NCBI GenBank assembly: GCA_963790205.1
Contig: CAWBNQ010000014.1
Location: forward strand, 128,001 to 192,000
From: Nitrospirota bacterium
Lineage (GTDB): Bacteria; Nitrospirota; UBA9217
Length of the DNA: 64,000 nucleotides
Direction: 5' to 3'
Both the position numbers and the translations under genes were made by a program. Position 1 is the first letter of the stretch. Every line of letters begins with the position of its first letter. This document shows positions 30,598-41,663 of this stretch, piece by piece. The notes beneath the pieces are model-generated. The model did no database searches and was not told where the DNA came from. It saw only the letters and a list, made by a program, of their open reading frames with translations.

Positions 30598-32178
30598 TTA
30601 CCCCCGCGTTTTCCTTCTCACCATTCCCCAGATGAACTCCAATTCCTCGCTCTTCATAAGCCACATGGCCGCGATATAGAAGAAAATGCTGACCGCCATG
30701 CCGCCGCCGAGCATGCCCATCTTATACAACGAATTTCCGCCGTGTTCCCATACTGGGTTTTTGCTGATCCACCAGCCGATCACGCCGATGGCCAGGGACG
30801 CGGGAATAATTTTAACCAGGGACCGCAGAATGCGGCCGGCATCGATCCTGCCGATCTTTTTCCTGAGTTGGATGGTGAGCAGGCTGATATTCAGCATGGC
30901 GGTGAGCGAGGTGGCGAGCGCAAGGCCGCCGTGGGCAAGCGGCGTCTTGAAGACGAAGAAGGCGCTCAGCGCGATGTTGGTACAGAACGCAAGGAGCGCG
31001 ATGACGACCGGTGTTCGCGTGTCCTGGAGAGCGTAGAATGCCTGGACCACGATGCGGACCCCGGCAAAGGCCCAGAGCCCCACGGCGTAGCAGAGGAGCG
31101 CGAGCGCGACGCCCTGCGTCGAGTTGTGATCGAACCGGCCGCGTTCAAGCAGGATATTCACGATCGGGATACGGAGCGTGATAAGGCCTGCCATGGCAGG
31201 AAACATGATGAAGAACACCAGCCGCAACCCAAAGGAGAATGTTTCCCGGAACTCATTCATCTCCCGCCGTGCTGCCTGGACCGACATGGATGGAAGCACC
31301 GCGGTTGCGATGGCGATGCCGAAGATACCGAGGGGAAAATGGATGAATCGCATACCGTAATACAGATAAGCGATGCTGCCGGTCGCCAGGAACGACGCAA
31401 AGATGGTCGATACGAAAATATTAAGCTGGTTCACCGAGGAGCTCAGGAACACCGGCAGCACTAGCAGGCCTATCCTTTTCACGCCCGGGTGGGAAGGCGT
31501 GAACTCCGGCCGCATCCGCATGCCCTGTTTTTTAAGACCCGGCACCTGGATCAGAAACTGGCACATGCCGCCCAATACCACGCCGACGGCAACCCCGAGG
31601 ATGGGCTGGGGCAAGAACCGAATGCTCAATACTATGGCGCTGATCGTCATAACGTTCAACATCACCGGAGAAAGAGCGGGAGTGAGAAAATAACGGAGCG
31701 AATTGAGCATACCCATGGCCAGCGCGGCGAGGCCGATGAAAAGAAGATAAGGGAACATAAGCCGCGTGAGCGTCACCCCGAGGAGGAACTTGTCCTCATT
31801 CCCGGCCTTGTGCACCCAGCCGTAGGCGATAACGTTGACCACATAAGGCGCGAATACAATACCGAGGCCGGTCAGGACGATGAGAATCACGAGCAGCCGG
31901 GCAAAGACCGCATTGGCAAGGTGGAGTGCGCTCTCCTTCGATTCCTTGGTGAGTGTTTCGGTAAAAACGGGAATGAACGCCGCTGACATGGAGCCTTCGG
32001 CCAAAAGCTCACGCAAAAGGTTCGGGATCCGGTAGGCCACGTAGAAGGCGTCGGCGGCAAGGCCTGTGCCGAAGGCCCAGGACATTGCCATGTCCCGCAC
32101 GTATCCCATGACGCGGGAAACGAGCGTGGCGGAACCGACGATCCCGGCCGCTTTTGCGACCTTTACGTTCTCAGACAT
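30598..32178 (-). CDS. murJ: Lipid II flippase MurJ
   Basis: SRVMGYVRD, AYRIPNLLRELLAEG, FYALQDTRTPV. Confidence 0.96.
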   Translation of the reverse strand: MSENVKVAKAAGIVGSATLVSRVMGYVRDMAMSWAFGTGLAADAFYVAYRIPNLLRELLAEGSMSAAFIPVFTETLTKESKESALHLANAVFARLLVILIVLTGLGIVFAPYVVNVIAYGWVHKAGNEDKFLLGVTLTRLMFPYLLFIGLAALAMGMLNSLRYFLTPALSPVMLNVMTISAIVLSIRFLPQPILGVAVGVVLGGMCQFLIQVPGLKKQGMRMRPEFTPSHPGVKRIGLLVLPVFLSSSVNQLNIFVSTIFASFLATGSIAYLYYGMRFIHFPLGIFGIAIATAVLPSMSVQAARREMNEFRETFSFGLRLVFFIMFPAMAGLITLRIPIVNILLERGRFDHNSTQGVALALLCYAVGLWAFAGVRIVVQAFYALQDTRTPVVIALLAFCTNIALSAFFVFKTPLAHGGLALATSLTAMLNISLLTIQLRKKIGRIDAGRILRSLVKIIPASLAIGVIGWWISKNPVWEHGGNSLYKMGMLGGGMAVSIFFYIAAMWLMKSEELEFIWGMVRRKTRG

Positions 32179-32318
32179 CCTTCTACACCTCGTAATTCTA
32201 TAAAATAAGAGGTAACTGTATCAGAAACCCGCTGGCAAGAAAAGGTTTTTTTTCTTGACACCTGGCGGCCCTTTATGTTAAAAGGTTAATCTGTTTTTAA
32301 CTCCCAAGGAGGCGCGCA

Positions 32319-32588
32319 GTGGCAATACACAAGTCCGTTATCAAAAGGCAGAAGCAGGCCGAAAAGAAGCATGAGATCAATAAATCCGTAAAATCAGCGC
32401 TCAAGACCATTGCAAAGAAGGTGGAACAGGCCGTTGAGGCCAAGAACGCCGCTGCTGCCAAGGAGACCCTAGTCAAGGCCATGAAGGCCTATGACAAGGC
32501 CGCTTCCGCAGGCGTCCTTCACAAGAGCACCGCCTCCCGCAAGATCTCGCGCCTTTCGACCAGGGTGAGCAAGATCGGCGCAGCGTAA
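32319..32588 (+). CDS. rpsT: 30S ribosomal protein S20
   Basis: MAIHKSVIKR...DKAASAGVLHKSTASRKISRL. Confidence 0.96.
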   Translation: MAIHKSVIKRQKQAEKKHEINKSVKSALKTIAKKVEQAVEAKNAAAAKETLVKAMKAYDKAASAGVLHKSTASRKISRLSTRVSKIGAA

Positions 32589-32614
32589 TATCCGGTATTG
32601 ATATTGTCAACCCC

Positions 32615-32648
32615 GAGGCGCCTTCAGAGGAAGGCGCCTTATTTTTTC
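32615..32648 (+). terminator. rpsT terminator
   Basis: GAGGCGCCTTC-AGAG-GAAGGCGCCTT then ATTTTTT. Confidence 0.8.
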
Positions 32649-32660
32649 ATTCCGCATTTC

Positions 32661-33665
32661 TCAGCTTCCGCACAGCTTCAAAATCATCCGCTCCAAAACC
32701 AGTCTTCCCGAGAGCCCGCTCGACTTGAGCGTTTTGTCCGTTGACAGCATCACTTCAAAGGTCTCGCGCAGTTCGTCCAGGCTGAAACTCCTCATCTGGG
32801 CCTTGAACTGGGCCGTCTGATGAAATATTACCGGGGGCCTGAGCTTCTTCATGGCCTCATCGGGCCCCGTGCCGGCGGCCTCCATGGCCTTGGCTTGCAG
32901 CAGCCTCCGGAAATTCCACGCGATCGAACCGAGCAGGCCCACGGGCTGCTCCCCTTCCTGGATCAGACGGGAAAGAATGAGGAACGCCTTTTCCCTGTTC
33001 TTTGACCCGAGGGCGGCCGCAAGGTCGAAGGGCGTGTACTCCCGGAAGTCCTCCACCGCCGCTTTCACGTCCTCGAAGGTGATGGTTTTCTTATCTTTTA
33101 TATAAATTTCGACCTTCTCGAGCTCGTTGCCGATCTTCTGCAGATCGTTGCCGATGGTCTGCCAGAGATACTGCGCCGCGTCACGCTGCAGGGACAGGCC
33201 CCGCGTCCTGGCCCACCCCTCGATCCAGGCAATAATCTCGCGGTCCAGGAGCGGGTAGAACCGCGTAACCGCGCCGTGCGCCTCCACTGCGGAAGTGACG
33301 GATTTTTTGTCATACTTTCCCTGGTTCGAGACCATCACCAGGCAGGTGCTCGGCGACGGGTCGTTGAGATAAGGCGCCAATTCCTCGAGGTCGGCGGCCT
33401 TGAGCGCATCGAAATCCCTGGCGAGCACGAGCCGTTTCTCGGACATGAACGGGAGGGTCTGGCAAAGATTCACGAGCTCCGAGGCCGGAACATCGCGGCA
33501 ATAGAGCGCATTGAAGTTGAAATCCCTGGCGCCGGGGTCAACGACCTTCTTGATGATAAGGTCGAGCGCCTCCTGGATCAGAAACTCCTCTTCGCCGTAA
33601 AAAAGATAGAGGGGAAGGATCTTTCCCTGCTTGAGACTTGATATGAGGTCTTGATATTTAAGCAT
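32661..33665 (-). CDS. holA: DNA polymerase III delta subunit
   Basis: LYLFYGEEEFL, TLPFMSEKRLV, NELEK, DKTLKSS; downstream of lptE. Confidence 0.93.
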   Translation of the reverse strand: MLKYQDLISSLKQGKILPLYLFYGEEEFLIQEALDLIIKKVVDPGARDFNFNALYCRDVPASELVNLCQTLPFMSEKRLVLARDFDALKAADLEELAPYLNDPSPSTCLVMVSNQGKYDKKSVTSAVEAHGAVTRFYPLLDREIIAWIEGWARTRGLSLQRDAAQYLWQTIGNDLQKIGNELEKVEIYIKDKKTITFEDVKAAVEDFREYTPFDLAAALGSKNREKAFLILSRLIQEGEQPVGLLGSIAWNFRRLLQAKAMEAAGTGPDEAMKKLRPPVIFHQTAQFKAQMRSFSLDELRETFEVMLSTDKTLKSSGLSGRLVLERMILKLCGS

Positions 33666-33677
33666 AATGAAAAGGTC

Positions 33678-33800
33678 AAATTTCAAATAACAAACACCAA
33701 ATTCAAAGCTCCAAATTCCAAATCGCAATGTCCCGATCCTTTGAAATTTGAGACTTGGGCATTGGAATTTATTTGGGATCTGTTGCTTGGAGTTTGGTAT
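33678..33800. repeat. Degenerate 7-mer tandem arrays in inverted arrangement
   Basis: TTTCAAA TAACAAA CACCAAA TTCAAAG CTCCAAA TTCCAAA ... TTTGAGA CTTGGGC ATTGGAA ... TTTGG. Confidence 0.7.
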
Positions 33801-33810
33801 CAATAAGCCC

Positions 33811-34377
33811 TTAGAACCCTTCCAAAACCCTGCTCCGCAGCGTCCAGGCAATGTCCTGGCTCGCCTGTTTGATGGCCGCGTCCTTTGCGACCCTCGTGTC
33901 CCTGATATCCGCTCTCCCCGCCGCATCGAAGGAAACGGCATAATCGGATATGAAACTGGACTCGATCCCCTTCTCCTGCCAGAGGACCTTCTTTGATCTC
34001 AGGTCCTCCAGACTTGCATCCACCACGATGTGCACCCGGTACTGCTGCACGTAAGCCTGGAGATTGTAGGAGAGCGGGGTCACTTCGTATTTCATGACCT
34101 TGCCGCGGAGCGCAAGTTCCGCCTCATCGAGGCTCATGACCTTCAGCCTGCCGTCGGTCAGGAATTCCTCCACCACTGCCTGTGTCACTTCCACATCCAC
34201 ATAGGGTTCATTCGTGGCGTTAAAGAACACCGGGATCGAGATGGTACGCACTCCCTCCGGCACGATCCCACCCGTGCCGGAAATATGATAGCCGCAGGAG
34301 GATACGATCAGGACCAATACCAGAGAAAGAATGAGTCTGACGCTTTTACTCCGCATTCCACACTCCACCTTCCGCAT
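33811..34377 (-). CDS. lptE: LPS assembly lipoprotein LptE
   Basis: Lipobox VSSCGY; ISIPVFFNATNEP; leuS-lptE-holA order. Confidence 0.88.
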   Translation of the reverse strand: MRKVECGMRSKSVRLILSLVLVLIVSSCGYHISGTGGIVPEGVRTISIPVFFNATNEPYVDVEVTQAVVEEFLTDGRLKVMSLDEAELALRGKVMKYEVTPLSYNLQAYVQQYRVHIVVDASLEDLRSKKVLWQEKGIESSFISDYAVSFDAAGRADIRDTRVAKDAAIKQASQDIAWTLRSRVLEGF

Positions 34378-34381
34378 TGAT

Positions 34382-36859
34382 TTACACCACCACATTCACC
34401 AGCTTGCCCTGGACCACGATGACCTTCTTTGGGGTCTTTCCGTTCATGAATTCCCTCACCTTGGGGTCCGCGAGGGCAGCGGCCTCGACGTCCTTATCAG
34501 AACCGCCGGCGGGAAGCGTGAGTTTGCTTCTGACCTTGCCGTTCACCTGCACAACGACGGTAAGTCTCCGACGCGACGATCGCTTCGGGATCATACTTTG
34601 GCCAGGGCGCGTTCGCGATGCTCTCCTTGTTGCCGAGCGATTCCCAGAGCTCCTCGGCAAAGTGCGGCGCAAAAGGAGCGATCAGCAGCATGAGCGCGTC
34701 GATCGCCAACCGCAGCACCGGCCCTTGCTTGTCAGGGTTGAACCCGTTCGACGCGTAATCGTACATCTCATTCACCATCTCCATGAGCGCCGAGATCGCG
34801 GTGTTGAAGTGGAACTCGCGCTCGATGTCCTCGGTCACTTTCTTGATTGTGAGGTGGGTCTTGCGGAAGAGCTTGTCCCCCCGCGCTTCGGACCCCGCGG
34901 GCTTGACGTTTTTGACCGCCTCGCTGTGCTTGTACACGATGGTCCAGACACGGTGGAGGAACCGGTATGCGCCGTCCACGCCCTGGTCGCTCCATTCAAG
35001 GTCGCGTTCCGGCGGCGCGGCAAAGAGCGAAAAGAGCCGCGCCGTGTCAGCGCCGTACTTCGTGAGGATAAAATCCGGGTCCACCACGTTGCCCTTGGAC
35101 TTGCTCATCTTGGCGCCGTCCTTGATCACCATGCCCTGCGTGAGCAAATTCTTGAACGGCTCATCGCCGTCAAAAAGCCCCAGGTCGCGTATCACCTTGG
35201 TAAAAAATCTCGCATAGAGCAGATGGAGCACGGCGTGCTCGATGCCGCCGATGTACTGGTCGACGCTCATCCAGTAACCTGCCGCTTTTTTATCGAAAGG
35301 CGCTTTGGTCTCTTTCGGGGAGCAGTAGCGGAGGAAGTACCACGACGAGTCCACGAAGGTGTCCATCGTGTCCGTCTCGCGCCACGCTTTGCCGCCGCAC
35401 TTCGGACAGGTCGTTTCCCGGAAGGACCGGGACTCGGCCAGGGGCGAGCGGCCCTTGCCCGTGAGCTCGACATCGACCGGAAGCCGCACCGGCAGGTCTT
35501 TTTCGGGCACCGGCACGGTGCCGCAAGCGTCGCAGTAGATGATCGGGATCGGCGTGCCCCAGTAGCGCTGGCGCGAGATTCCCCAGTCGCGGAGCCGCCA
35601 GTTCACCGTGCGTCTCGCCGATCTTCTTCTGTCTCAACATAATCGGCGACCGTCTCTTTCCCCCTCGCATTCGGCGTACCGTCAAAGGGTCCCGAGTTCA
35701 CCATCGTCCCTTCCGCGACAAAGGCCTCCTTCATTGCCCGGGGCTCGAGGTTCTTCTCCGCATTCTGGATCACGACGCGAATGGGAATAGTATACTTCTT
35801 CGCGAACTCGAAGTCGCGCTGATCGTGGGCGGGCACGGACATGATCGCTCCGGTGCCGTATTCCATGAGAACGAAGTTGCCGACCCAGACCGGGACCTTC
35901 TCGCTGTTCAACGGGTTGACGGCATAGGCGCCGGTGAAGACGCCTTCCTTTTCCTGTTTCTCGTCGGTGCGCGCCGCCTTGTCCTCGCGCATAACGCGCT
36001 GGCAGAACGCGCGCACGTCGTCGGCCTGCGGCTTCCCCTTGATGAGGGATTCCAGCATGGGGTGCTCCGGCGCTATGCTCATGAAGGTCACGCCGAAGAG
36101 CGTGTCCGGCCTCGTGGTGAAGATCGTGAGCTTCTCGCCCGTGCCCTCGACCGTAAAGTCCACCTCCACGCCGACGGACTTGCCGATCCAGTTCCGCTGC
36201 ATCGTGAGCACGCGCTCCGGCCAGCCCGTAAGTTTGTCAATGGAGGAGAGAAGTTCCTCGGCGTAGTCCGTGATCTTGAAAAACCACTGGTCGAGCTCCT
36301 TGTGCTGCACCACGGAACTGCAGCGCCAGCAAAGACCGTCCTCCACCTGCTCGTTCGCGAGCACGGTATTGCAGGACGGACACCAGTTCACGTACGAGAG
36401 TTTTTTGTATGCGAGGCCGCGCTCGTACATCTTGATAAAGAACCACTGGTTCCAGCGGTAATACTCTTCGAGGCAGGTGGTCACCTCGCGGTCCCAGTCG
36501 TAGGACAGACCAAGCCGCTTCAACTGCTTGTCGCGCATGAAGGCGATGTTCTCGAGGGTCCATTTGGCGGGATGGATACCATGCTTGATCGCCGCGTTTT
36601 CCGCCGGCAGGCCGAAAGAATCCCAGCCCATGGGATGAAGCACGTTGAAACCGCGCATCCGCTTATAGCGCGAGATCACGTCGCCGATGGCGTAATTACG
36701 AACGTGGCCCATGTGGATCCTGCCTGACGGGTACGGGAACATCTCGAGACAGTAGTACTTCGGCTTCGACGCGTCTTCCGTTACCGTAAAGGTCTTTTGC
36801 TCGGCCCAATGGCGCTGCCAGCGCTCTTCAACTTTCTTAAAATCGTACCGTTCGTCCAA
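34382..36859 (-). CDS. leuS: Leucine-tRNA ligase (apparent frameshifts near 35620 and 34565, likely sequence errors)
   Basis: [42 protein letters not shown] spread over three ORFs. Confidence 0.95.
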
Positions 36860-36925
36860 AACACTGCCTCCAAAACCCGGGGCGACCGGCGCAGCATAGT
36901 GTCACCGGGACAGGCCCGGCAACCG

Positions 36926-37600
36926 TTAATGCTTGACGCGCCCCTTGATGAACTGCTCGATGAGAATAATGTATTTCATATTGAGATTGATAAATCGTAC
37001 GCCGTACTGGTATTTGTTCGGCGCAATCCTGACCAGTCGTTTGACCTCGGCATCCGCTACGATCTCCCGGCGGCCGATCTGAAATATACAGGTCACCCGG
37101 TCGCTTCTCTCCAACACCCTGTCGGCTTCGAAAAGCATGCCAGAGATGCTGATGTTATGCGACACGCCGACGAAGGTCGATTTTTTCTCTTGCCCCTTCA
37201 CGGACACATGGAGCAGCGTCCGCATGTCCTCCCTCCGGGGGGCCAGGAGCAATTCGGACACCTTCCAGGTGAGTTGGGAAGGGTCAAGCGGCTTGGGAAG
37301 CATGATATTGGCTTTCGCATCCCGGCACTGCGAGAGTGATGACTCGGGGCCCTCACAGATCAGGATCACCGATACGTTTTTTAGTCTCGCGTCGCTCCGG
37401 ATCGTTGAGCAGAGCTTGATGCCGCCCATCAGCGGCAAACCCTCTTCCGTGATAATGATGTCCGCCCTATGGACGCCGTGCAAATTCAGGATCTCTTCAG
37501 AGGTGCGGGCGGGAAATGTCGTGATATTGCTCCGTTGAAAGATCGTATCGTGACTGCCGATGGCGTGCATAATGTTTCGAGCAATAATGATTTTTTTCAT
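36926..37600 (-). CDS. Degenerate receiver domain plus PilZ domain protein
   Basis: LPLMGGIKLC...KP; PilZ RREDMR and NISISG motifs. Confidence 0.8.
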   Translation of the reverse strand: MKKIIIARNIMHAIGSHDTIFQRSNITTFPARTSEEILNLHGVHRADIIITEEGLPLMGGIKLCSTIRSDARLKNVSVILICEGPESSLSQCRDAKANIMLPKPLDPSQLTWKVSELLLAPRREDMRTLLHVSVKGQEKKSTFVGVSHNISISGMLFEADRVLERSDRVTCIFQIGRREIVADAEVKRLVRIAPNKYQYGVRFINLNMKYIILIEQFIKGRVKH

Positions 37601-37729
37601 ACTGAACTAAACCGGAAAAGCTTTTTCACCGTAGAGAACGCAGAGACCGCCGAGAAAAAATCAAGCAGAGGTTACACGTTCAATAACCTCACGGCCTCCA
37701 CGATTTCAGCGGTCGATAGCTGTTTTCAA

Positions 37730-38254
37730 TTACTCCCTGATCCACCCCGGATACGCATCGGCCTTGCGCGCTTCCTCAGGGAGGTCGACTTCGAGAGAGC
37801 GTCGCGTCTTTGCCATGTTTGTTTCGAGCTTCAGCTGCTTTTTTTCAAGGCTCGATCGGGATTTTTTCTTTTTACCGCCTATCTTCTTCGGCTTCTGGTC
37901 CTGGTCATCCAGTTGCTTTAAGACCATATCGTACTCGTCTTGCTGGTCACGAAGCTTCAGGCGGAGATTGGCGGCCTTCTTGTGCCAGTACTCCTCGCCC
38001 CTGCCGTACTTGTCCTTGTGCTCCCTGACCGTTGCAGGCGATTTACCCGTTGCGGCAGGCTCCTCGCCTACGCTCACACGGCTCTCATCGGGTTTGACCA
38101 CCGTCGCGCTGTTCCGGTATTCCTGCGGTATCTGTTTCAGGTCATTGGTGAAGAACTCCTTGCCCTCCCTGTCTACATAACGGTAAAAATCGGCCCAGGC
38201 AGGGGATGCGGAAAACAAGAGAATGCACAATGCAGAAACAGTCAATATTCGCAT
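37730..38254 (-). CDS. DUF4124-domain secreted protein
   Basis: Signal peptide AWA, FYRYVDREGKEFFTND, coiled coil, PGWIR. Confidence 0.8.
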   Translation of the reverse strand: MRILTVSALCILLFSASPAWADFYRYVDREGKEFFTNDLKQIPQEYRNSATVVKPDESRVSVGEEPAATGKSPATVREHKDKYGRGEEYWHKKAANLRLKLRDQQDEYDMVLKQLDDQDQKPKKIGGKKKKSRSSLEKKQLKLETNMAKTRRSLEVDLPEEARKADAYPGWIRE

Positions 38255-38321
38255 GGCGGCCTCCACGAGTGATATGAAGGTAAAAAATAACACAATTACC
38301 GGGGCTTCGCAAGGTTTTTTC

Positions 38322-38351
38322 TTGAACTCTCGCGCGTAAGCATGATATAGT
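38322..38351 (+). promoter_or_regulatory. Sigma70-type promoter of der
   Basis: TTGAAC-N18-TATAGT with extended TG. Confidence 0.5.
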
Positions 38352-38455
38352 GCATTTACTACAAATCCGAAGCACGAAATCCTAAACTCTAAACACAGCG
38401 ATCGTCGATTCTTTTAGAATTTCGATATGAGAACTGCGAGTTTGTTGTAACTATC

Positions 38456-39817
38456 ATGCCTAAACCAGTCGTCGCCATAGTGGGCCGGCCGAACGTCGGC
38501 AAATCGACCCTGTTCAATCGGATCATCGGGAGGAACTTCGCCATCGTCGAGGACACGCCCGGCGTGACGAGGGACCGCAACTACACCGAGGCCGAGTGGG
38601 AAGGCAAGCGTTTTCTGCTTGTGGACACCGGCGGGTTCGAGCCTGAGACCGAAGACCCCATGTACTCAAAAATGCGGGAGCAGACCACGCTCGCCGTGGA
38701 AGAGGCGGACTTCATCGTCTTCCTCATGGACGGCAAGCAGGGCCTCCTCCCGGCGGACATCGAGGTGTCGCAGCGGCTTCGCGCTTCCGGCAAACCCGTG
38801 ATCTACGCCGTGAACAAGGTCGATGGTGAAAAACACGAAGGTTTCATCCCCGACTTCTACCGTCTCGGCATCGATACCCTCTTTCCGGTGTCGGCCCAGC
38901 ACGGGCAGGGATTCTCCGAACTCATGGACGAGCTCGGACGCATGCTTCCCGAGACGGCCCCGGAGGCGGAAGAAAAAGAACTTGCCGATGCCCCGAGAAT
39001 AGCCATCATCGGACGGCCGAACGTGGGCAAGTCGTCCTTCGTGAACGCGCTCATCGGCGAGGACCGCATGATCGTCAGTCCCGTGGCAGGCACGACGAGG
39101 GACGCCGTGGACAGCATGTATCAGTACTACGGCAGAAGGTATGTCCTCGTGGACACTGCGGGAATCCGGAGCCGCGGCAGGATCAGTCAGGGGATCGAAA
39201 AGTACAGCGTGATGCGGGCCATGAAAAGTTTGAGCCGCGCCGACGTAGCGCTCGTGCTGATCGACGCTTCGGAAGGCATCACCGAGCAGGATGAACGGAT
39301 CGTAGGGCTCGCCCATGAAGAGGGCAAGGGTATCATCCTCGTGCTCAATAAGTGGGACCTGGTGCCGGACAAGGAGCAGGCATACAAGCGGTTTATGACC
39401 GACGTGCAGCAGCGGCTCAAATTCGTCGATTATGCCTCGGTGATCACCCTTTCCGCCAAGACCCGACAGCGGATCACGAAGGTCTTTGAGGAAATCGACA
39501 AGGTGATCGAGGAGCGCGAAAAGCGAGTGCCCACGGCCGAGCTCAACAGGGTCTTCGAGAAACTCGCCGCCCACCATGAACCGCCGCTCTACCGGGCCCG
39601 GCGCGTGAAATACTACTATATTACACAGGTCGCAATCAAGCCGCCGACCTTCGTAGTTTTTGTGAACTATCCGGACGGCGTCCATTTCTCCTATATACGC
39701 TACATCGAGAATAATCTGCGCGAGGCCTTCGGGTTCCGCGGTACGCCCGTCAGGATTTTCGCCAAGAGGCGGAGAGAAGAGGCCGCGAAGAGAGAAAAAA
39801 AACCGGGACGCTTGTAA
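38456..39817 (+). CDS. der: Ribosome biogenesis GTPase Der
   Basis: Two G domains GRPNVGKS/DTGG/NKVD and GRPNVGKS/DTAG/NKWD; KH-like tail. Confidence 0.98.
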   Translation: MPKPVVAIVGRPNVGKSTLFNRIIGRNFAIVEDTPGVTRDRNYTEAEWEGKRFLLVDTGGFEPETEDPMYSKMREQTTLAVEEADFIVFLMDGKQGLLPADIEVSQRLRASGKPVIYAVNKVDGEKHEGFIPDFYRLGIDTLFPVSAQHGQGFSELMDELGRMLPETAPEAEEKELADAPRIAIIGRPNVGKSSFVNALIGEDRMIVSPVAGTTRDAVDSMYQYYGRRYVLVDTAGIRSRGRISQGIEKYSVMRAMKSLSRADVALVLIDASEGITEQDERIVGLAHEEGKGIILVLNKWDLVPDKEQAYKRFMTDVQQRLKFVDYASVITLSAKTRQRITKVFEEIDKVIEEREKRVPTAELNRVFEKLAAHHEPPLYRARRVKYYYITQVAIKPPTFVVFVNYPDGVHFSYIRYIENNLREAFGFRGTPVRIFAKRRREEAAKREKKPGRL

Positions 39818-39869
39818 TAAAGACGGGGACGGCTCAATGCAAGGAATTCAATAAACGCGCAAAAAAAGG

Positions 39870-39899
39870 TTGACAATCCGGTTCTCAAGGGAGTATTAT
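39870..39899 (+). promoter_or_regulatory. Sigma70-type promoter with long leader upstream of the cold-shock gene
   Basis: TTGACA-N18-TATTAT, about 130 nt upstream of the ATG. Confidence 0.6.
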
Positions 39900-40037
39900 T
39901 GCAGCAGATTCTAGGGAAATAGAGAGTGGAACGTGAGTTTTTGTTAATTGCCAGGCTGCAAAAACTACATCGCGTAGATTTGCGGCTATTTTTTTTGTAC
40001 AAAGGGGATTTTCACACTTCAGAAGGAGGAGCAAAAA

Positions 40038-40238
40038 ATGTCGAACGGTTCGGTAAAGTGGTTCAATGACGCGAAAGGCTATGGTTTCATCACCAGCGAG
40101 GAAGGGAGCGATGTGTTCGTCCATTTCTCGGCGATCCAGGGAGACGGTTTCAGGTCTCTCGCGGAAGGGGATGCGGTAAGTTTCGACATCGAGAAGGGAC
40201 CAAAAGGTCTTCAGGCGGTTAACGTCGTAAAGCAGTAG
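40038..40238 (+). CDS. cspA: Cold-shock protein
   Basis: [22 protein letters not shown]. Confidence 0.95.
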   Translation: MSNGSVKWFNDAKGYGFITSEEGSDVFVHFSAIQGDGFRSLAEGDAVSFDIEKGPKGLQAVNVVKQ

Positions 40239-40309
40239 GCAATCCTGCCAGGAGCAGGGGCCTTCCATTGCGGGCAAAGCGGGATCAACAAACTCGGAGG
40301 AGGAGTAAC

Positions 40310-40672
40310 ATGGCCAAGAAATTGTACGTAGGCAATCTGTCGTACCAAATGACGGAAGACGGGCTCAAAGATATCTTTTCACCGATCGGAGAGGTGTTGT
40401 CTGCGAAGATCATAACCGACGCCGCGACCGGGCGCTCAAAAGGGTTCGGCTTCGTTGAAATGGCGTCTGATGAGGATGCAGACAAGGCGATCGCGGAGCT
40501 CAACGGCACCACCGTTCAGGACCGTGCGCTGAATGTGAGCGAAGCAAGACCGCAGACAGAGCGGGGCGGACGAGGCGGCGGAAGGCCAGGCGGTGGCGGA
40601 GGCGGCAGAGGCGGCCAGCGGGGATTTGACCGGGGCGGCGGAAGCGGAAAAGGTCGGGATAATTGGAGATAA
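40310..40672 (+). CDS. RRM RNA-binding protein with Gly/Arg tail
   Basis: KLYVGNL (RNP2), RSKGFGFVEM (RNP1). Confidence 0.95.
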   Translation: MAKKLYVGNLSYQMTEDGLKDIFSPIGEVLSAKIITDAATGRSKGFGFVEMASDEDADKAIAELNGTTVQDRALNVSEARPQTERGGRGGGRPGGGGGGRGGQRGFDRGGGSGKGRDNWR

Positions 40673-40860
40673 GAGTTGACGGGAACATCGAAAAAGCCAT
40701 ACGGCTTCTCAAGCGAAAAATGCAGACCGACGGCCTTTTCAGGGAACTGAAGAACCGTCGTTTTTATGAGAAACCCTCGATAAAGAAGAAACGGAAGCGG
40801 ATAGAAGCACAGAAACGGAAGCTGAAAAGCCTGAAGAACAGCAGGCGGGACAGGGCGTAA
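40663..40860 (+). CDS. rpsU: 30S ribosomal protein S21
   Basis: IEKAIRLLKRK...RRFYEKPS. Confidence 0.92.
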   Translation: MEIRVDGNIEKAIRLLKRKMQTDGLFRELKNRRFYEKPSIKKKRKRIEAQKRKLKSLKNSRRDRA

Positions 40861-40874
40861 CATCTCGTAGGTGA

Positions 40875-41663
40875 CTACTTCACCTTTTTTCTTTTCTTTT
40901 CCATCTTTACATCGACCATCGTGAGATCGTGGAGACTTTTCTCCAGCTTTTCCTTGGCACGGGCCAGAGCCTCCTTGTCCCTCGTCAAAAGGTCGATCTT
41001 TTTATCCAGCCCGCTGTTGTCTTTGGCCAGGCCGTCTCGCTCTTTGAGGAGTGCGGCCTTTTCCTTGAGCAGGCCGTCCTTATCATTCAGCAGTTCGTCG
41101 ACCTTCATCGTGAGGCTGTTCTTCTCAGTGAGAAGCAGGTTCCGCTCTTTGGCGACCGCTTCATCATCGGCATGAACATTCTGCAGCTCCTCTGTCAATG
41201 CCTCCACTTTCCTCGTTAGCGTATCGACCTCCTTCATAAGCTCATTCGTCCTCGTTTGTTCCAAGCTCCCGAGGACGTCATGCCAGCTCCGTGCCTCGCC
41301 GGCGAGTGTGCCCGATGGGTACCGGACCAGAAATTCCTCAAACTCCCGCGCAGCACGACGGTAATCCTTGTCCGGATTCTTATAGTACACGAGAAGATAC
41401 GCTGCGTTAAACTGCGCCTGCTCGGCGCGGCGCGGATCGGAGAGGTCTTCCGCCAGCGCACGGTATGAGGCGCGCGCCTCACCGTAATGTCCCTGATCGA
41501 AGGCGGTCCCCGCGTCCCGGAATTTCTTCGCGCCTTCTCCCCCTGCCAAACCCTGCATCAGCGGTGCGCAACCTGCCAGCATCAGAATAAGCGTCAAAGT
41601 CAGAAGGCACATCGCAGGGGCGCCCCCTTCCCTTCTCTCAAGGCACTGGAAAGCCCCTTTCAT
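40875..41663 (-). CDS. TPR/coiled-coil lipoprotein
   Basis: Lipobox LAGC; TPR-like FLVRYPSG; heptad repeats. Confidence 0.7.
   Translation of the reverse strand: MKGAFQCLERREGGAPAMCLLTLTLILMLAGCAPLMQGLAGGEGAKKFRDAGTAFDQGHYGEARASYRALAEDLSDPRRAEQAQFNAAYLLVYYKNPDKDYRRAAREFEEFLVRYPSGTLAGEARSWHDVLGSLEQTRTNELMKEVDTLTRKVEALTEELQNVHADDEAVAKERNLLLTEKNSLTMKVDELLNDKDGLLKEKAALLKERDGLAKDNSGLDKKIDLLTRDKEALARAKEKLEKSLHDLTMVDVKMEKKRKKVK

Noticed and set aside
32661..33941. Long N-terminal extension of HolA in the ORF track
   Set aside because: It translates the 7-mer array and overlaps lptE; the likely start is 33665
35603..36859. Naturally split two-subunit LeuRS or programmed frameshifting
   Set aside because: Breaks are repaired by single-base removals, no slippery site is evident, and a further break occurs near the C-terminus; sequence error is simpler
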